DNA of 63,705 nucleotides, filler included, from Octopus bimaculoides (GCF_001194135.2; 7 parts of 6 records of this genome joined end to end with filler, not necessarily neighbours in it); one strand, 5' to 3'. Counted from the first letter of the whole stretch, positions 27,170-40,220 are shown. The notes: generated by a model from the sequence alone, not told the origin. Translations and numbers: made by a program.

Positions 27170-27173
<4 letters not shown>
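26964..27173. mobile_element. Two family A SINE heads in inverted orientation
   Basis: Plus-strand head at 26964-27027 and minus-strand head at 27039-27173. Confidence 0.8.
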
Positions 27174-27245
<72 letters not shown>

Positions 27246-27252
27246 TTACACA

Positions 27253-27633
27253 GTGGAGGCGCAATGGCCCAGTGGTTAGGGCAGCGGATTCGCGGTCATA
27301 GGATCGCGGTTTCGATTCCCAGACCGGGCATTGTGAGTGTTTGTTGAGTGAAAACACCTAAAGTTCTCCGAGGCTCCGGCAGGAGATGGTGGCGAACCCT
27401 GCTGTATTCTTCCACCACAGCTTTCTCTCACTCTGACTTTCTGTTGTGCCTGTAATTCAAAGGGTCAGCCTTGTCACACTGTGTCACGCTGAATATCCCC
27501 GAGAACTAAGTTAAGGGTACATGTGTCTGTGGAGATCTCAGCCACCTGTACGTTAATTTCACGAGCAGGCTGTTCCGTTGATCGGATCAACTGGAACCTT
27601 CAACGTCATAAGCGACGGAGTGCCAACAACAAC
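27253..27633 (+). mobile_element. SINE family B, full length
   Basis: Aligns to 40221-40606. Confidence 0.9.
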
Positions 27634-27913
27634 ACTTACACATATCTATATATATACACACTTTGGTTTACATAGAAGAAGTCCTGGAGTCGATTTCTTC
27701 GACTAAAAAACCCCAAGTTACTTACACTTGGAAGACAATATGTGAAATGTGGTCTTCAACCATCGAGAATCAAATCTATTGGGAGTTGTCAACTGTATTC
27801 TAGTTAATGGTGATAAATCAATTAATGTCAGACCTTCTGCTAAACTCTCAGTATACTGGAACCATATATCCAGCTTTTATATTCAACGGAATATTAATTA
27901 TACATATATATAT

Positions 27914-28133
27914 CGGAGGGGGTGCTGAAAATTTCCTGGTTTTAAGGGTGTCACGAAAGGCCTTGTTGGAGACTCGACCTTTCGAGTTCTTTTACAGGGA
28001 TTACAAAAAGACCGCTGCAGTAAATGTGTGAATCTGAGGGGGGTGGGGTGGAATATGTTGAATAATATCATAATTAACTAATCCTCCTGTATTTACTATT
28101 ACCCAAAGCCAGGAACTTTTCAGCACTCTCTCG
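27914..28133 (+). mobile_element. Mariner-derived MITE
   Basis: Imperfect TIRs share the core GTGCTGAAAA(T/G)TTCCTGG(T/C)TTT. The internal remnant KCVNLRG..EYVE* resembles a mariner C-terminus. Confidence 0.75.
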
Positions 28134-28257
28134 TATGTGTGTGTGTGCGTGTGTGTGTACGTACTTGTGTGTGTGTACGTATGTGTGTGTGTGTGTGTGT
28201 GTGTGTACGTATGTGTGTGTGCGTACGTATGTGTGTGTGCATTTCTTTGAGTTTATG

Positions 28258-28465
28258 TTTGTCCTCCCCATATCTGACAGCTTGTCAACCAGTGTTGATT
28301 TGTTTGCAACCCCGTAATTTAGCAGTTCGGCTAAAGAAACCGATAGAATAAATACCAAGCTTAGAAATAAGTACTGGGGTGAGGCAATTTGTCTGATTAA
28401 ACCCTTCAAGGAAATGCCCTCCAGCATGGCCGCCGTCCAATGACTGAAACAAGTAAAAGATAAAG
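28258..28465 (+). mobile_element. SINE family A, 3' half (diverged)
   Basis: ccgatagaataaatacc...ccagcatggccg..aatgactgaaacaagtaaaaga. Confidence 0.75.
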
Positions 28466-28757
28466 GATATTTTAATGAAGATTTCCAATGCACTCGGAAA
28501 GAGACGCAAGGAAATGATTCAGTGAGTTGGGCAATATTTTCCACAGGGTAAAACATGTATGGTTGTTAATTTGGTTAATGAAAGACATTTGTAAAAATAA
28601 ATTAAGTCATTAATCAAATCAGAAAATAAATGAGCGAGAGTTAAAGAGGTCAGATAAAATATGAACGTAGAGCTTAGAAAATTAATCATAATTATAGCGG
28701 TAATGAAGAGAAAGTATCGTCTGCCTTAATGATTAGTTCTGATAAAAGAAGATATAG

Positions 28758-29130
28758 TTGTTGGTGTTGTTGTTGCTACTGTTTAACCCTAGGCCAGTGC
28801 TGATCCAGTAAACCCACTTATGGTTGTTGATTAATCCCAGATCAGTAGTCACCTGGTTGTTGTTTAGTCCCATATCCATTCGACCTATAGCTGTTGCTGT
28901 TATTGTTTAACCTCAGGTCAACCCTCATCCAGTGGACCTATGGTTATTGCTGTTTATCTCCTAGTCCGCTTCGAACTAATAAGACTCATGATTGTTTTTT
29001 TTTACCGTTGAATAGTCAGCCCTGAATCAGTTGACTTATTTCTTGTTGTAGTTGTCGTTGTATAAGTCCTAGGTTCGCCCTAATCCTCCAGTAATCCAGT
29101 AGGCCTGTGGTTGTCATTGTTTAGGCCTTA
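28758..29130 (+). repeat. Degenerate tandem array, roughly 8 units of 35-55 bp
   Basis: Approximate consensus TTGTTGTTTAACCC(T/C)AGGTCAGCCCTGATCCAGTAGACCTATGG. Confidence 0.65.
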
Positions 29131-29139
29131 CTACTACTA

Positions 29140-29188
<49 letters not shown>

Positions 29189-30248
29189 AGCTACTACTAC
29201 TACACTTGATCCTCATTGTACAGAAATAGTTCACTCATACATTATTGGGTATAGTGATATGAACAAGACTCGAGAGGTGATATTAGACACAGCAAAGATG
29301 ATGAGAAAAGGAGAGGCGAGTGGGACGGGAATATCTGAGTAGAGGTGGCATGGATCCCAACAGCTCCAAGGAGCAGTGGCCATTATAGTGGTAGAAGCTG
29401 GAAGAGGGAGGAGAGTGTGCGCGTACTGGCTAGAGACAAGAGCGTAACGGTGACTTAAAACAAATAAGTCGGGTGGTTGCAGTTTAAGAAACCGGGCCCA
29501 TGAGCCTGGCTAGGCTTTAAAAGGGCGCATTTATTTATTATTTGATGAAATTATACAGCAAAGACCATTGTTGCAATTTTTGATAGCGCAAATTGCTTTT
29601 ACACGATGTTTTAACTATATTGCTTTTGATGTAACGGGTGGATATGAAGGATTGCCAGTTATTTTATTTTCCCGTTCGTTGCTCAGTTTTTTTTCTTTTT
29701 CGCGATCTCATTGTTTAGTTTTTCAAATGTTTTGTTACGCTTCTTCGTGGTGTGTAATGCTTTCAATGTTATGTTTAATATTGTTGTTAGTTTTTTTTAT
29801 TAGTTTACGAATTTCATTTGTATATTTTTCGGCTAGTATTTTTTGGAACGTATTTCTAAGAAGTTTTTGTAGTTAATTTTATTGTTTTAACTTAAAGAGA
29901 AGTTCTATACTTGTGTAGGGAAGTGGATTTATCAAAGAAGTGTTTGACTGTAGTGGCTCAATGGAAGAACTTTCGGTTCTTGGATATGAAAGACGGGATA
30001 ATATTACTTCACTTAATTTGAAATTGAAAAAATAAATTAACATAAAAACAGAAGTTTGTGTAATTCGAGAAAATACATTCCAACCCTTGAAATATGCACC
30101 TAGTGGTAAAAGTGTGGTACATAATGCAGGGTGAGAAGGAGATAGATAGAGGGATAGAAAGGAAGATAATTGGGAAACAAAGAAAAGGGATTGGTTGAAA
30201 TAGGAACAGGTTGCAGCCAGAAAATTCTTATGAAAAAAGTTGTTTATA

Positions 30249-30445
30249 ATATTGGTTTCAAGTTTTGACACAAGGCCAGCAAGTCGATCACATCAAATAC
30301 AATGCTCATCTGGTACCTATTTTATCGGTCTCGAAAGGATATAAGGCAAAGTCGACTTCGGCGGAATTTGAACTCATATTGTTAAGACGGACGAAATGCC
30401 GCCTAGCATTTTGCCCACCCGGCGGTTCTGGCAATTCGCCGCCTT
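30249..30445 (-). mobile_element. SINE family D
   Basis: Aligns to other family D copies. Confidence 0.8.
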
Positions 30446-31294
30446 GAAGTCATTTATAAGATTGGTGAAATAGTCATAAACACTCGGGGATACATGGTAG
30501 ATGTGAACTGTAATGTTTCAAGCAATAGGTGGCTGTATAGATTGTAAAGTATGACTTAACGTAGGAATGCTGTTTCCAGCTATTCGAAACGTAATTTATG
30601 GAAGAGAATTATGTGGAGAATAAATGGTGGTGGCGGATCTTGAACCTTCAACGGAGAAGATTCAATTGTTCGATCAACTGAATAATCTGGTTCAAAATTA
30701 ATAAGTATTCTTCAGACACGTGTAACCTTAGTGTAATTCTTAGGAAGAATCAGTGCGACGAGTCTGTACCTTTTGAATTACATGTGCTCTTCTCCCGCCG
30801 GGCTTCCAAGCAGTTTCTGTCAACCAACTTTCACTTAGAATGCATGGGGTGATCCGAGGACACAGAAAATGACATTTGCCCAAGCGCCACGCTGTGGAAT
30901 CGAGCATGAGACTTCGTGGCGACATTTGACCAAATTCCACGCTGTGGGATCGAAACTGAGATTTTGTGGTTGCGAAGTGAACTTCTTAATGATTCAGCCA
31001 TACTGCACCCACGTACTCATAGTTGTTCAAAGATAAATTTTCAAGCAGAATTTTGAGTCTTTCTAAAGCAGTTCAGACAAAGTTGAAAATATGGTAATTC
31101 GAAATCATATCACAAGAGTTGTGAACTTCTGAGATCTACAGAAGGATTGTTTTAAGTTGGGAAGCATTCCTTAAATTAAAGATTTAATGCTGTTTTATGC
31201 TCACCATAATAGCCTTCTGAGTTTTCATATGCTTAGACATTCCCAGATTTCTAGATCTCCTCTGAAGATGTAGTTTAGACCCTGGTTGTTAAAA

Positions 31295-31621
31295 GGAGGA
31301 GCACTCCGTCGGTTACGACGACGAGGGTCCCAGCTGATAGATCAACGGAACAGCTTGCTCGTGAAATTAACGTGCAAGTGACTGAGCAATTCACAGACAC
31401 GTGTACCCCTAACGTAACTCTCAGGGAGATTCAACGTGACGTAGAGTGCGACAAGGCTGGCCCTTTTGAAATACAGGTACTACTCATTTTTGCCAGCTGA
31501 GTGGACTAGAGCAACGTGAAATAAAGTGTCTTGCTCAAGGACACAACGCGTCGCCGGGAATTGAACTGACGACCTTACGATCGTGAGTCGAATGCCCTAA
31601 CCACTAAGCCACGCGCCTTCG
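31295..31621 (-). mobile_element. SINE family C (tRNA head, CORE-like GTGTCCTTGAGCAAGACACTT, family B tail) with 13-bp TSD
   Basis: TSD CTGGTTGTTAAAA at 31282-31294 and 31622-31634. A head fragment is also present at 57727-57775 (minus strand). Confidence 0.9.
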
Positions 31622-32732
31622 CTGGTTGTTAAAATCCTGTTTATGAAACAGAAACAGCTAATGTAGATGAAATTAATACAAAAGGAAATCTGTATAGGAG
31701 TCAATGAGTTTACTAATTGTACTAATTAACGCAATGCTACTGATAGCGAGGTGGGAAGTAGTCTGTAAAAGGGCTGGGTGGGTCACCAACGTTTGGATAG
31801 GTAGGGAACAGGTGCAATAAGAAAACTAGCATCTGATAGACCAGTGTGTTTATAACAAAGAATAAACCACTAAAGAGGACCGAATTCCTCAGACAGAGGA
31901 GTGGAATGAACTGAAAGGAAATGAGGAAACAAAACTCCATTATATATCGCCTGACAATAGTAATAACAAACGCAAGCAAATATTTCTTGTTAGACTGCAA
32001 CAAAATACAAGCAAACCAATGTGTGCACACTATCAGCAATATATGTACATCCAGAGATATTGTGCGAAACCTGATAACCAGTTGATCTAGCAAGCGGCGC
32101 CTCATTTCAGTGAGGGGGCTGTCGAGAGGTAGGCCCCCAAACGACACGCATTCTCTCCTGATGACCCCATAAACTAGCTAGCATCCGGTATGCGGAGCTT
32201 TCAACTGGTAGAGCTTACACCTGCAAGTTGTTTGCAAAAATTAAAACAGAAGCGTACATAGGTGTAGAGAAAGCAGCGATGGATTAACCATTAAGCAAAA
32301 TAAGCACGTGATTAGGGTATTGAGGGAAGGGAGCACCACATAAATGGTAAATGGTTTACGGTACAAAAGAAATTATTTAAAACTTGCTAAAATGAACATT
32401 ATTGGGTGTGTCTTTCCAAATGTAGACATTGCCTGTGGTATATTTTTAACATTTTTATTTTTTATTTATGCGCCCGTTTAAAGCCTAGCCAGGCTCATGG
32501 GCCCGGTTTCCCGGTTTCTATGGCGTTTGTGTTGCCCCCACCCAGCTGGACGGGACGCCAGTCCACCGCAGCTTTACCCAAGTAACAGGAAGAAAGAGTG
32601 GAAGTATACAAAAACAAACATTATTTTCCATATTTCTGTTAGTTTTGTTGCATTTTGAAAAAAAAAACAACTCATTTTATGATTTATTATTGTTTATATT
32701 CTGAATTACATATATATGGGTCTTAATCTGGT

Positions 32733-32797
<65 letters not shown>

Positions 32798-33057
32798 TAC
32801 AGATACTCTCTCACAAACACAAGAGGTGTACACCGAGACCATAAATAATTAAATAAGTCGGGTCCGATAAGTATTCGCGTTCGATCAACAAAAATATCTA
32901 TTCATTGAAATTATAATTATAGTGACAGAGTATTTCACAGGCATTTGTATCTTTACATTTAACGCACGCACGCATGCACGCACGCACACACACAAATACG
33001 CACATACACACACATGAATAAATAATATAACACACACACATTTGTTTTTTCTTTATT

Positions 33058-33283
33058 ATTCTTTTATTTGTTTCAGTTATTTGACTGCGGCCATCCTGGA
33101 GTACCGTCTTTAGTCGAACAAATCGACTTCAGGACTTATTCTTTATAAGCCTAATACTTATTCTACCGGTTTCTTTTACCGAATCGATAAGTTACGGGGA
33201 TGTAAACATATCAACATCGGTTATCAAGCGATGGCAGGAGAACAAACACAGACACACAAATACATACATACATACATACACAC

Positions 33284-33341
<58 letters not shown>

Positions 33342-33486
33342 NNNNNNNNNNCATCTACCAAATCCACTCACAAGGCTTTGGTCGACCCGAGGCTATAGTA
33401 GAAGACACTTGCCCAAGGTACTATGCAGTGGGATTGAATCCAGAACCATGTGGTTGGTAAGCAAACCACACAGCCACTCCTGCGTC
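33058..33486 (-). mobile_element. SINE family A, full length
   Basis: Aligns to other family A copies. Confidence 0.9.
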
Positions 33487-34024
33487 TGTGTACACACACA
33501 CACACACATATATATTAATATAAAGATGAAACGTTTGGCATGATTCGAAAAAGACATTTAATTCAGACAGGGAATATAAACATAGATATATACAGATGTG
33601 TGTTTATATTCTCTGTCTAAATTAAATGTCTTTTTCAAGTGATGCCAAACATTTTGCGTTTTCATTTTTACTTTAATCTATATATATAATGATACACATT
33701 TACGTGAAAATGCACACATATATAAATGAATTAAATACTTGAAAAACAACTTGACCTCATGTTGTGAGGAGGTATTTATGCCACTTTTATTAATAGCCAT
33801 AACTGGAGGGCGCCACATGTTTTTTAAAAAACATTTAAGCCTTTCATTAATATAACTAAGAGTGAGAAAGACAGGAAGGGTGTATAAAGTTTGTATCTTC
33901 ATTACTGGTGATAATTTCAACTAATTTTTATTACAAGCGCCGAGTAGAAGATTGGTGTTTGAGAGCGAAAGTCCAAAAGATTTCATTGATGTCCTGTTGA
34001 TTTCATTGCTCTCCTTAATAAATT

Positions 34025-34248
34025 AACTAATGTTGGTTTCAAATTTTGGCACAAGACCAGCACACGGTCGATGCAATCGGTTTACCCCCTCAGGCGAGGG
34101 GTTAAATCCATTACATTGACACCAGTACTTAACTGGTACTTATTTTATCGATCCTGAAAGGAGGAAAGGCAAAGTCGACCACAGCGGTATTTGAACTCAG
34201 AACGTAAAGACGGACGAAATGACACAAAGCATTTTACCCGACATGCTA
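34025..34248 (-). mobile_element. SINE family D (5'-clipped)
   Basis: Aligns to other family D copies. More degraded copies lie near 23131-23250, 35085-35585, 36805-36950, 40716-40865 and 51120-51300. Confidence 0.8.
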
Positions 34249-36203
34249 AATAAATGAACTAATATTATCAAAAGTTCGGGCGATGTAAAAGAAAATAAAC
34301 AAAAATACCTACCTTAAGATATTTTGGTCTCAATTTTATATAAATAGTTTATGTTTGTATATCTTCATTTTTTATATATCATCTTTTTATTAATGAAATT
34401 GCCGAAGAAATCAATCATCTTCTGCCATAGCAAACATAGATATGTTTATATAAACTTTTCTTTTCTATGGTTTATCTCTCACGCAACTTTATGTGTAAAG
34501 ACAAAACACAGTGTCACATAGTGCCATTAGCAGGTTGCGTCTCGAATAAATGCTTGCATTTTCGATATCTTGAAACGGTATTAATCTCCACCACCATCAA
34601 CAACAATCAGCGAATGACGAGCTTTTACATGCTAGAAACAGTAACGAAATCTCCTTCAAATCACATGCTAATGTTTTTTTTTGTTAAAAAACAAAACAAA
34701 ACAAAAAAAAACGAGCGATACACTGGATAATATTAATTCTAGATATAGTATGACCGAAATAAAGCCGCGATGCTCATAATTGGAATGTCTTTGATCAACC
34801 ATAAATCTGCTGGTTCAGACTAATTTGGCACCAAACATCAACAAAGATCACTTACTTATTTCTAAATATCGTGGCATCAGTTTTTTGCTTTTAACTAGGT
34901 ACAGTGATTCAAATATCTTAAGAAGGGGGATAAATGTGATGTAATATTCATGATGTTCTTAAGATTATTGTTAATCCAAGATCGTGCTTGAATGAACAAA
35001 CTTATAGTTGAGAGTATTCAGTACCCTACTGCGACAATGGAGTCTTGCCAGGAACTGGAAGAAGTGTTTAGAGAGTCAGATCAAATGAATTTATGGTCTT
35101 TGTTCCAGCTCTCTTTGTTCTGAGTTCAAATCCCACGGAGGTTAACTTTGTCTTTAATCCGTTCGGAGTTCAATAAAAAAGCACAAATTTTAGGTAGTGA
35201 ATAAGCTGAAATATTAGAGCGTCGGTCGAGATGCTTTCCACTATTTGTTTCGGCTCTCTGAGTTCAAATCGGCCTCCTATCACCGGACTTTTCATGATGG
35301 AAAACGAAAAGCGTGGGTGTCTAGCTAACGGTGATAGGTCACCAATGTCAGACAGAGCGAACTGCCGATTGCAGCAGCATCTCAGCCGCGTCAATATGCA
35401 CCATGTTTCTCAAACTTTTCTATTTGTGAGCCCTCTTTCGCAGAATAACATTTTAAAAACGCCCAGTACACAGTTTAACAAAAAAAAAAAAAAAAAAAAA
35501 GAAAATTTAAAGCGTTGAGACCTAGAGCTAATATCGCAAGGCATTTTATTCAGTGCACTATCAGGTTTGCCAGATCGCCGACTTAGCATATTGTATAATA
35601 TGTAGACAAAACTTGATTTGAAATTTTATTTTGCCTTATTTTCTTAGAATAATCATGTTTCTTTGTTCTTCTATAGTCGGATGTAAATGGTTGTATACCT
35701 AGAAAGAGATAGAATAACTTACTTAAATAGACTATCAACTTAACTAAGTAAGACTTTTGACTCGGAGAATAAAGCTATCTCGATATTAATTGAAAGAAAA
35801 AGACAGCTGGTCCAGGAAGAAGGTAGAGGGACAGGGGTTATTTAGCTCAGAATGATGAAAAGATACGTTGTCAAAACAAATGTATACAAAATGAGAAATA
35901 CTTTTGATCTACTCAACGAAAACTGATATTACAGTTTGAGTAAAAAAAGAAAGAAGAAAAATACGAACGGAGACTGAAGAAAGGAAGAAAAAAGAACACA
36001 CACACACACTCACACAAAAGAAAAAGATGAAGCTTATGTGAAATTGGATGCAGAGGAGATAAAATAACACAGGAACACGAAATGGTTTAGAACAATAAAT
36101 ATAAAATATGACTAAGAAAATTGGAAAAAGAACAAAATGAAAAAAAACACATCAACGACGACGGTGAAATGAAAATGTTTTCCAGTGTATTCTTTGTTGG
36201 ATG

Positions 36204-36251
<48 letters not shown>

Positions 36252-36427
36252 ATACACAATATATATATATAATATATACATACATATATATATATATATG
36301 TGTATATATATGTATATATATGTGTATATATATATGTATATATAGGTGTAATATATGTGTGTATATATATTTAATATATATATATGTATGTATATATATA
36401 GTATATTACATACATATATATACATGC

Positions 36428-36460
<33 letters not shown>

Positions 36461-36535
36461 CATACATTCATATATAAATATACATATATATGTAGGCACA
36501 CATACATATATACATACATGCATACGTAGACACAC

Positions 36536-36630
<95 letters not shown>

Positions 36631-37456
36631 TCACATATATACTCACACAAAAACACAACCATATACATATATGTGCGTGTGTGTGCGCGCGCGTGTGTGT
36701 ATATATAAACAGTAACATAAAAATTTATAAATATATTATTTCAGAATGTCTGAGTGCACATTCCTTGTGCATTATCCATATAACGATTATTTATAAACGG
36801 TGAAGGGCAGAAACGGTAGTATGCCGGATGTCTGATGCCTGATGCCGGACTAAAAATACCGTATAGGATTTTAGATTCGTCACTTTACGTTCTATGTTCA
36901 AATACACAGAACGTTGATTTGCCTGGAGTTGATTTGCCCTCTACTTCTCTCGAGCCCATTAAATTTATACCTATAAAATACTGATCTGGTTTAAAGTGAC
37001 TGCGTTCTCCATTGAAATGTGTGAAATCCTGTTATTTACAAAGGAAGAGAACTGGATATGACAGGATTTATAACATGCAGGACAAAGAGCACGCTTTATA
37101 TGAAGTTCGTCATTTTCAGAGTTGAGAATAATTTTGATCAGAATTGACTGATATTCATTCATATGGAGGCAATATTATTAAATATACCAATGAAATGAAA
37201 TACTGGTGATGAATAAATTGATTGCTTACTTCTTACATTCTTTTTGAAATATTTAGTATGAGGTCATTAAAAAGAACTATCTATCTATCTATCTATCTAT
37301 GATTCATTTTAAAGCCTCGTACTAAATTGTGTGTGTGTGTGTGTATAAAGAATATGAAGGGTTTAGTTCACTGATGAACTGTGAACTTTATTCTTCCATC
37401 TTTATTCTTTTATTGACTGTGAATTCTCTGTCTGGAACTTTCCTGCATACACACCT

Positions 37457-37534
37457 TGTCTCTGATGACGGTATACCTAGTGTATGGATGTGTTGACTCA
37501 TTACCTGGGATATCCCAGAAACAGCTGTAAGACA
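37457..37534 (+). ncRNA. Type I hammerhead ribozyme with inserted or branched stem II
   Basis: TGTCT-CTGATGA-[49 nt ending in palindrome TGGGATATCCCA]-GAAAC-AGCT-GTA-AGACA: canonical core and 5-bp stem I. Confidence 0.7.
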
Positions 37535-38123
37535 CAACTTACTTCTACCTCTCCTTTTTAAATTCTAATTAAATATTCTGAATGACTTGAGATGCTCGTC
37601 CTGCTCTGGTTTTGTTTTCCTTTAATATATATNNNNNNNNNNNNNNNNNNNNNNNNNNNNNNNNNNNNNNNNNNNNNNNNNNNNNNNNNNNNNNNNNNNN
37701 NNNNNNNNNNNNNNNNNNNNNNNNNNNNNNNNNNNNNNNNNNNNNNNNNNNNNNNNNNNNNNNNNNNNNNNTATATATACATTCACACACACACATATAC
37801 ATGTACATAAATTGACGGAATACTCAGTATATGGAAATGTGGATCAACACATTGATCCATTATCTGGAATCTGCCTGAAGCAACTGTAAGACATTATTAT
37901 TTACTTTTGCTTACTTCCATTCACCATTATAATAATTAAAATGATTTAGAATTTCTGATAAGCTTGTCTTGCCTTGGTTCTGTTTATACCCGCTGACTCG
38001 GAAGTAGGCTACGGATCCCCAGTTCCGGTCCCCGTTGTAAACTTGGATCCTAGTGGCTTATCAATTGGAGCACTTACACAGCATGCCTATCAGCTTTGAT
38101 CACCAGTGGCCTAATCCCTTCCT

Positions 38124-38189
<66 letters not shown>

Positions 38190-38194
<5 letters not shown>

Positions 38195-38365
38195 TTACGA
38201 AAAACAACAGGCGAAGACAGGTGGTGTAAACAACAAATGGATGTATTAGTTTAACGCTCGGGAATAGAGAAGGTCTTTGACGTTTTGAGCCTACGCTCTT
38301 CAACTGAAAGGAACACTGAAAGAAACAAGGAGAGAAAAAATATATGTGTAGTGGTCAGCGATCTA
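38190..38365 (-). mobile_element. PLE terminal fragment
   Basis: Same family, starting at a (TG)n tract. Confidence 0.75.
38274..38311 (-). ncRNA. Degenerate copy of CUGUUGA-variant hammerhead
   Basis: Minus strand reads CCTTT-CAGTTGA-AGAGCGTAGGCTC-AAAAC-GTC-AAAGA. Confidence 0.45.
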
Positions 38366-38954
38366 TCAAGGCGAATACATTGATCTTAAATCTTCGCTCG
38401 CAAAGCCAAGCCAAGATGTATGTAGTGCTACTGGTAATATGTAATCGAGGACAACCTGTTGCATGGTCGGGTCGTCGGCGACTAAACTGGCAGCCCCACC
38501 AGGCTTGCTTGGTGAGAAGTGTGATGTATGAGCTGCTCCGTGTCGGACACTGGAATGATATTTAATCACTCTATGGAGCGATTGGGTGTCAGCTTGGTGT
38601 CTGGCACGGGACAGCTTACCTCATGGGCAGGTAGCAGCTCTTTAACCTTGGTTAGTAATCTATCTAGGTGAAGGAAATCTCCCAAATAAAACCTGAGGCC
38701 TTGGAAGTTCCCGGTTTTGAGAGTTCTCATGTCACACCGGCGAAAGTTTTCTTGGGCCAATAAGTGGAGGTAGTACAGTGCAAGCTACACTCACTGAAAA
38801 TATATTCATCTGCACAGGTACTTCTTGTACACCGAACCTTAGTAAAATCATTGAACTGGTAGGCAGAAACCTAAAAATGAATTTGCAACTTACTCTGAAA
38901 TATCTCAACAGATTCAGTAAATGGCAAAAAAGGCTTGGGAACGTCAGGGGAACA

Positions 38955-39305
38955 GGTCATTATCACTGAAGATTTGGGTATGAGACGCATGTCTGCCAAG
39001 TTTGCACCAAAACTGCTTTCAGCTGATCAAAAAGACACTCGGGTTTCAGTTGCACAAGATCTTGATTGTGTCGAGAACGATGAAAACATTATGAAAACTT
39101 TGCGTAGGCCTCTGAGCAGGTATCACCAATGTTTTGTCAAAATTTTATGCAGATTCTCTGCTCAACTTTCTCTGACATGGTCAATGCGATGATTACACGC
39201 TACACACCTTCCTACCAAGCGCTGCTGTAAAAAGCGAAAGTGAGATAGAACGTTAAAAGTTAGTGCACATGCTTTAATCTCGTTACTATGTCAACAGTCT
39301 GGATA
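38955..39305. mobile_element. Rearranged mariner fragments
   Basis: Plus strand gives IITEDLGMRRMSAKFAPKLLSADQKDTRVSVAQD. It is followed by a minus-strand 5' end MSEKVEQRICIKF*QNIGDTCSEAYAK from the same family as 47887-48475. Confidence 0.75.
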
Positions 39306-39910
39306 CTTAATGATCAAACCACATATGTATGTATGTATATATGTATGTATGTCTGTATGTGTCATTATTCAGTTTTATTTCAAGATTTCTTGCCAATAGA
39401 GAAAGAGCCGGTTTCTAACCTCGATCCAAAGCTCCTTCATTGGAATTTCAAAAACATCAACAGAGAATTTTTGTATGTATGTATGTATGTATGTATATGT
39501 GCAGATTTGTGTGTTTTGCTTTATGTGTGTCTTCTCATGCATATACTTGAATATCTAGACTTGTATGTATGCATATATGTATGTATGTGTGTGTATGTAT
39601 GTACACACAAACAAATAAACATACACGCACTCAGACGATTTATTTGCTCGTTAACTATTGTTATTTTCCGCTTAAGTTTCCATTTTACCAAATGATCACA
39701 GCTTATATCTACACAGGACGGTAGGGATAAGCAAGAACTGAAAACTGCTAATGATCCAGAAAGCAATTTTTCCGATACATATACTGTTTGCCGTAAAGGA
39801 TGGGTGTATATAATGACTATTCATTCCTCAGCAAAATTAAACAAATAAATGTATTTCAGTATTTTTTTTACCGTTCTATGCTGTAGTAAAAGAATGTTAT
39901 TAGAATATAG

Positions 39911-40135
39911 CAAGAAAGAGTCGCAAGACTGGTTCTTCAAGCCGAGCCGACCGACAGGAGACCTACGGGTAGACCAAGAATGAGATGGTTGGATAATATC
40001 TATAGTCTCAGTTGGTTATGTTTGGGAATTCAGCCAAGAAGTATAATGATGGTTACTTCTGGTAGGACCCTATAGAAGAGGTGTCTGGAGACTCTACCCA
40101 CACGGTTCCCTCTCCCAGGAATAGTGGGAGGAAAA
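39911..40135 (+). mobile_element. RTE-type LINE 3' ORF fragment
   Basis: Translates ERVARLVLQAEPTDRRPTGRPRMRWLDNI, resembling the R.GRP..RW.D.I C-terminal motif of RTE-type ORF2. Confidence 0.65.
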
Positions 40136-40220
40136 GGTGGGTGGATGAATGAATATGCTGTACGAACACATTAGTCCTTCCATGCTCTCTATCCTATTTA
40201 AACAGATTTTATAGAATGTT

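Noticed and set aside
27253-27330. tRNA-like sequences at SINE heads
   Set aside because: They continue into SINE bodies with tails and, for some copies, TSDs; they are not tRNA genes.
28758-29130. CRISPR-like repeat-spacer array
   Set aside because: Eukaryotic context, degenerate units without unique spacers, and no cas genes.
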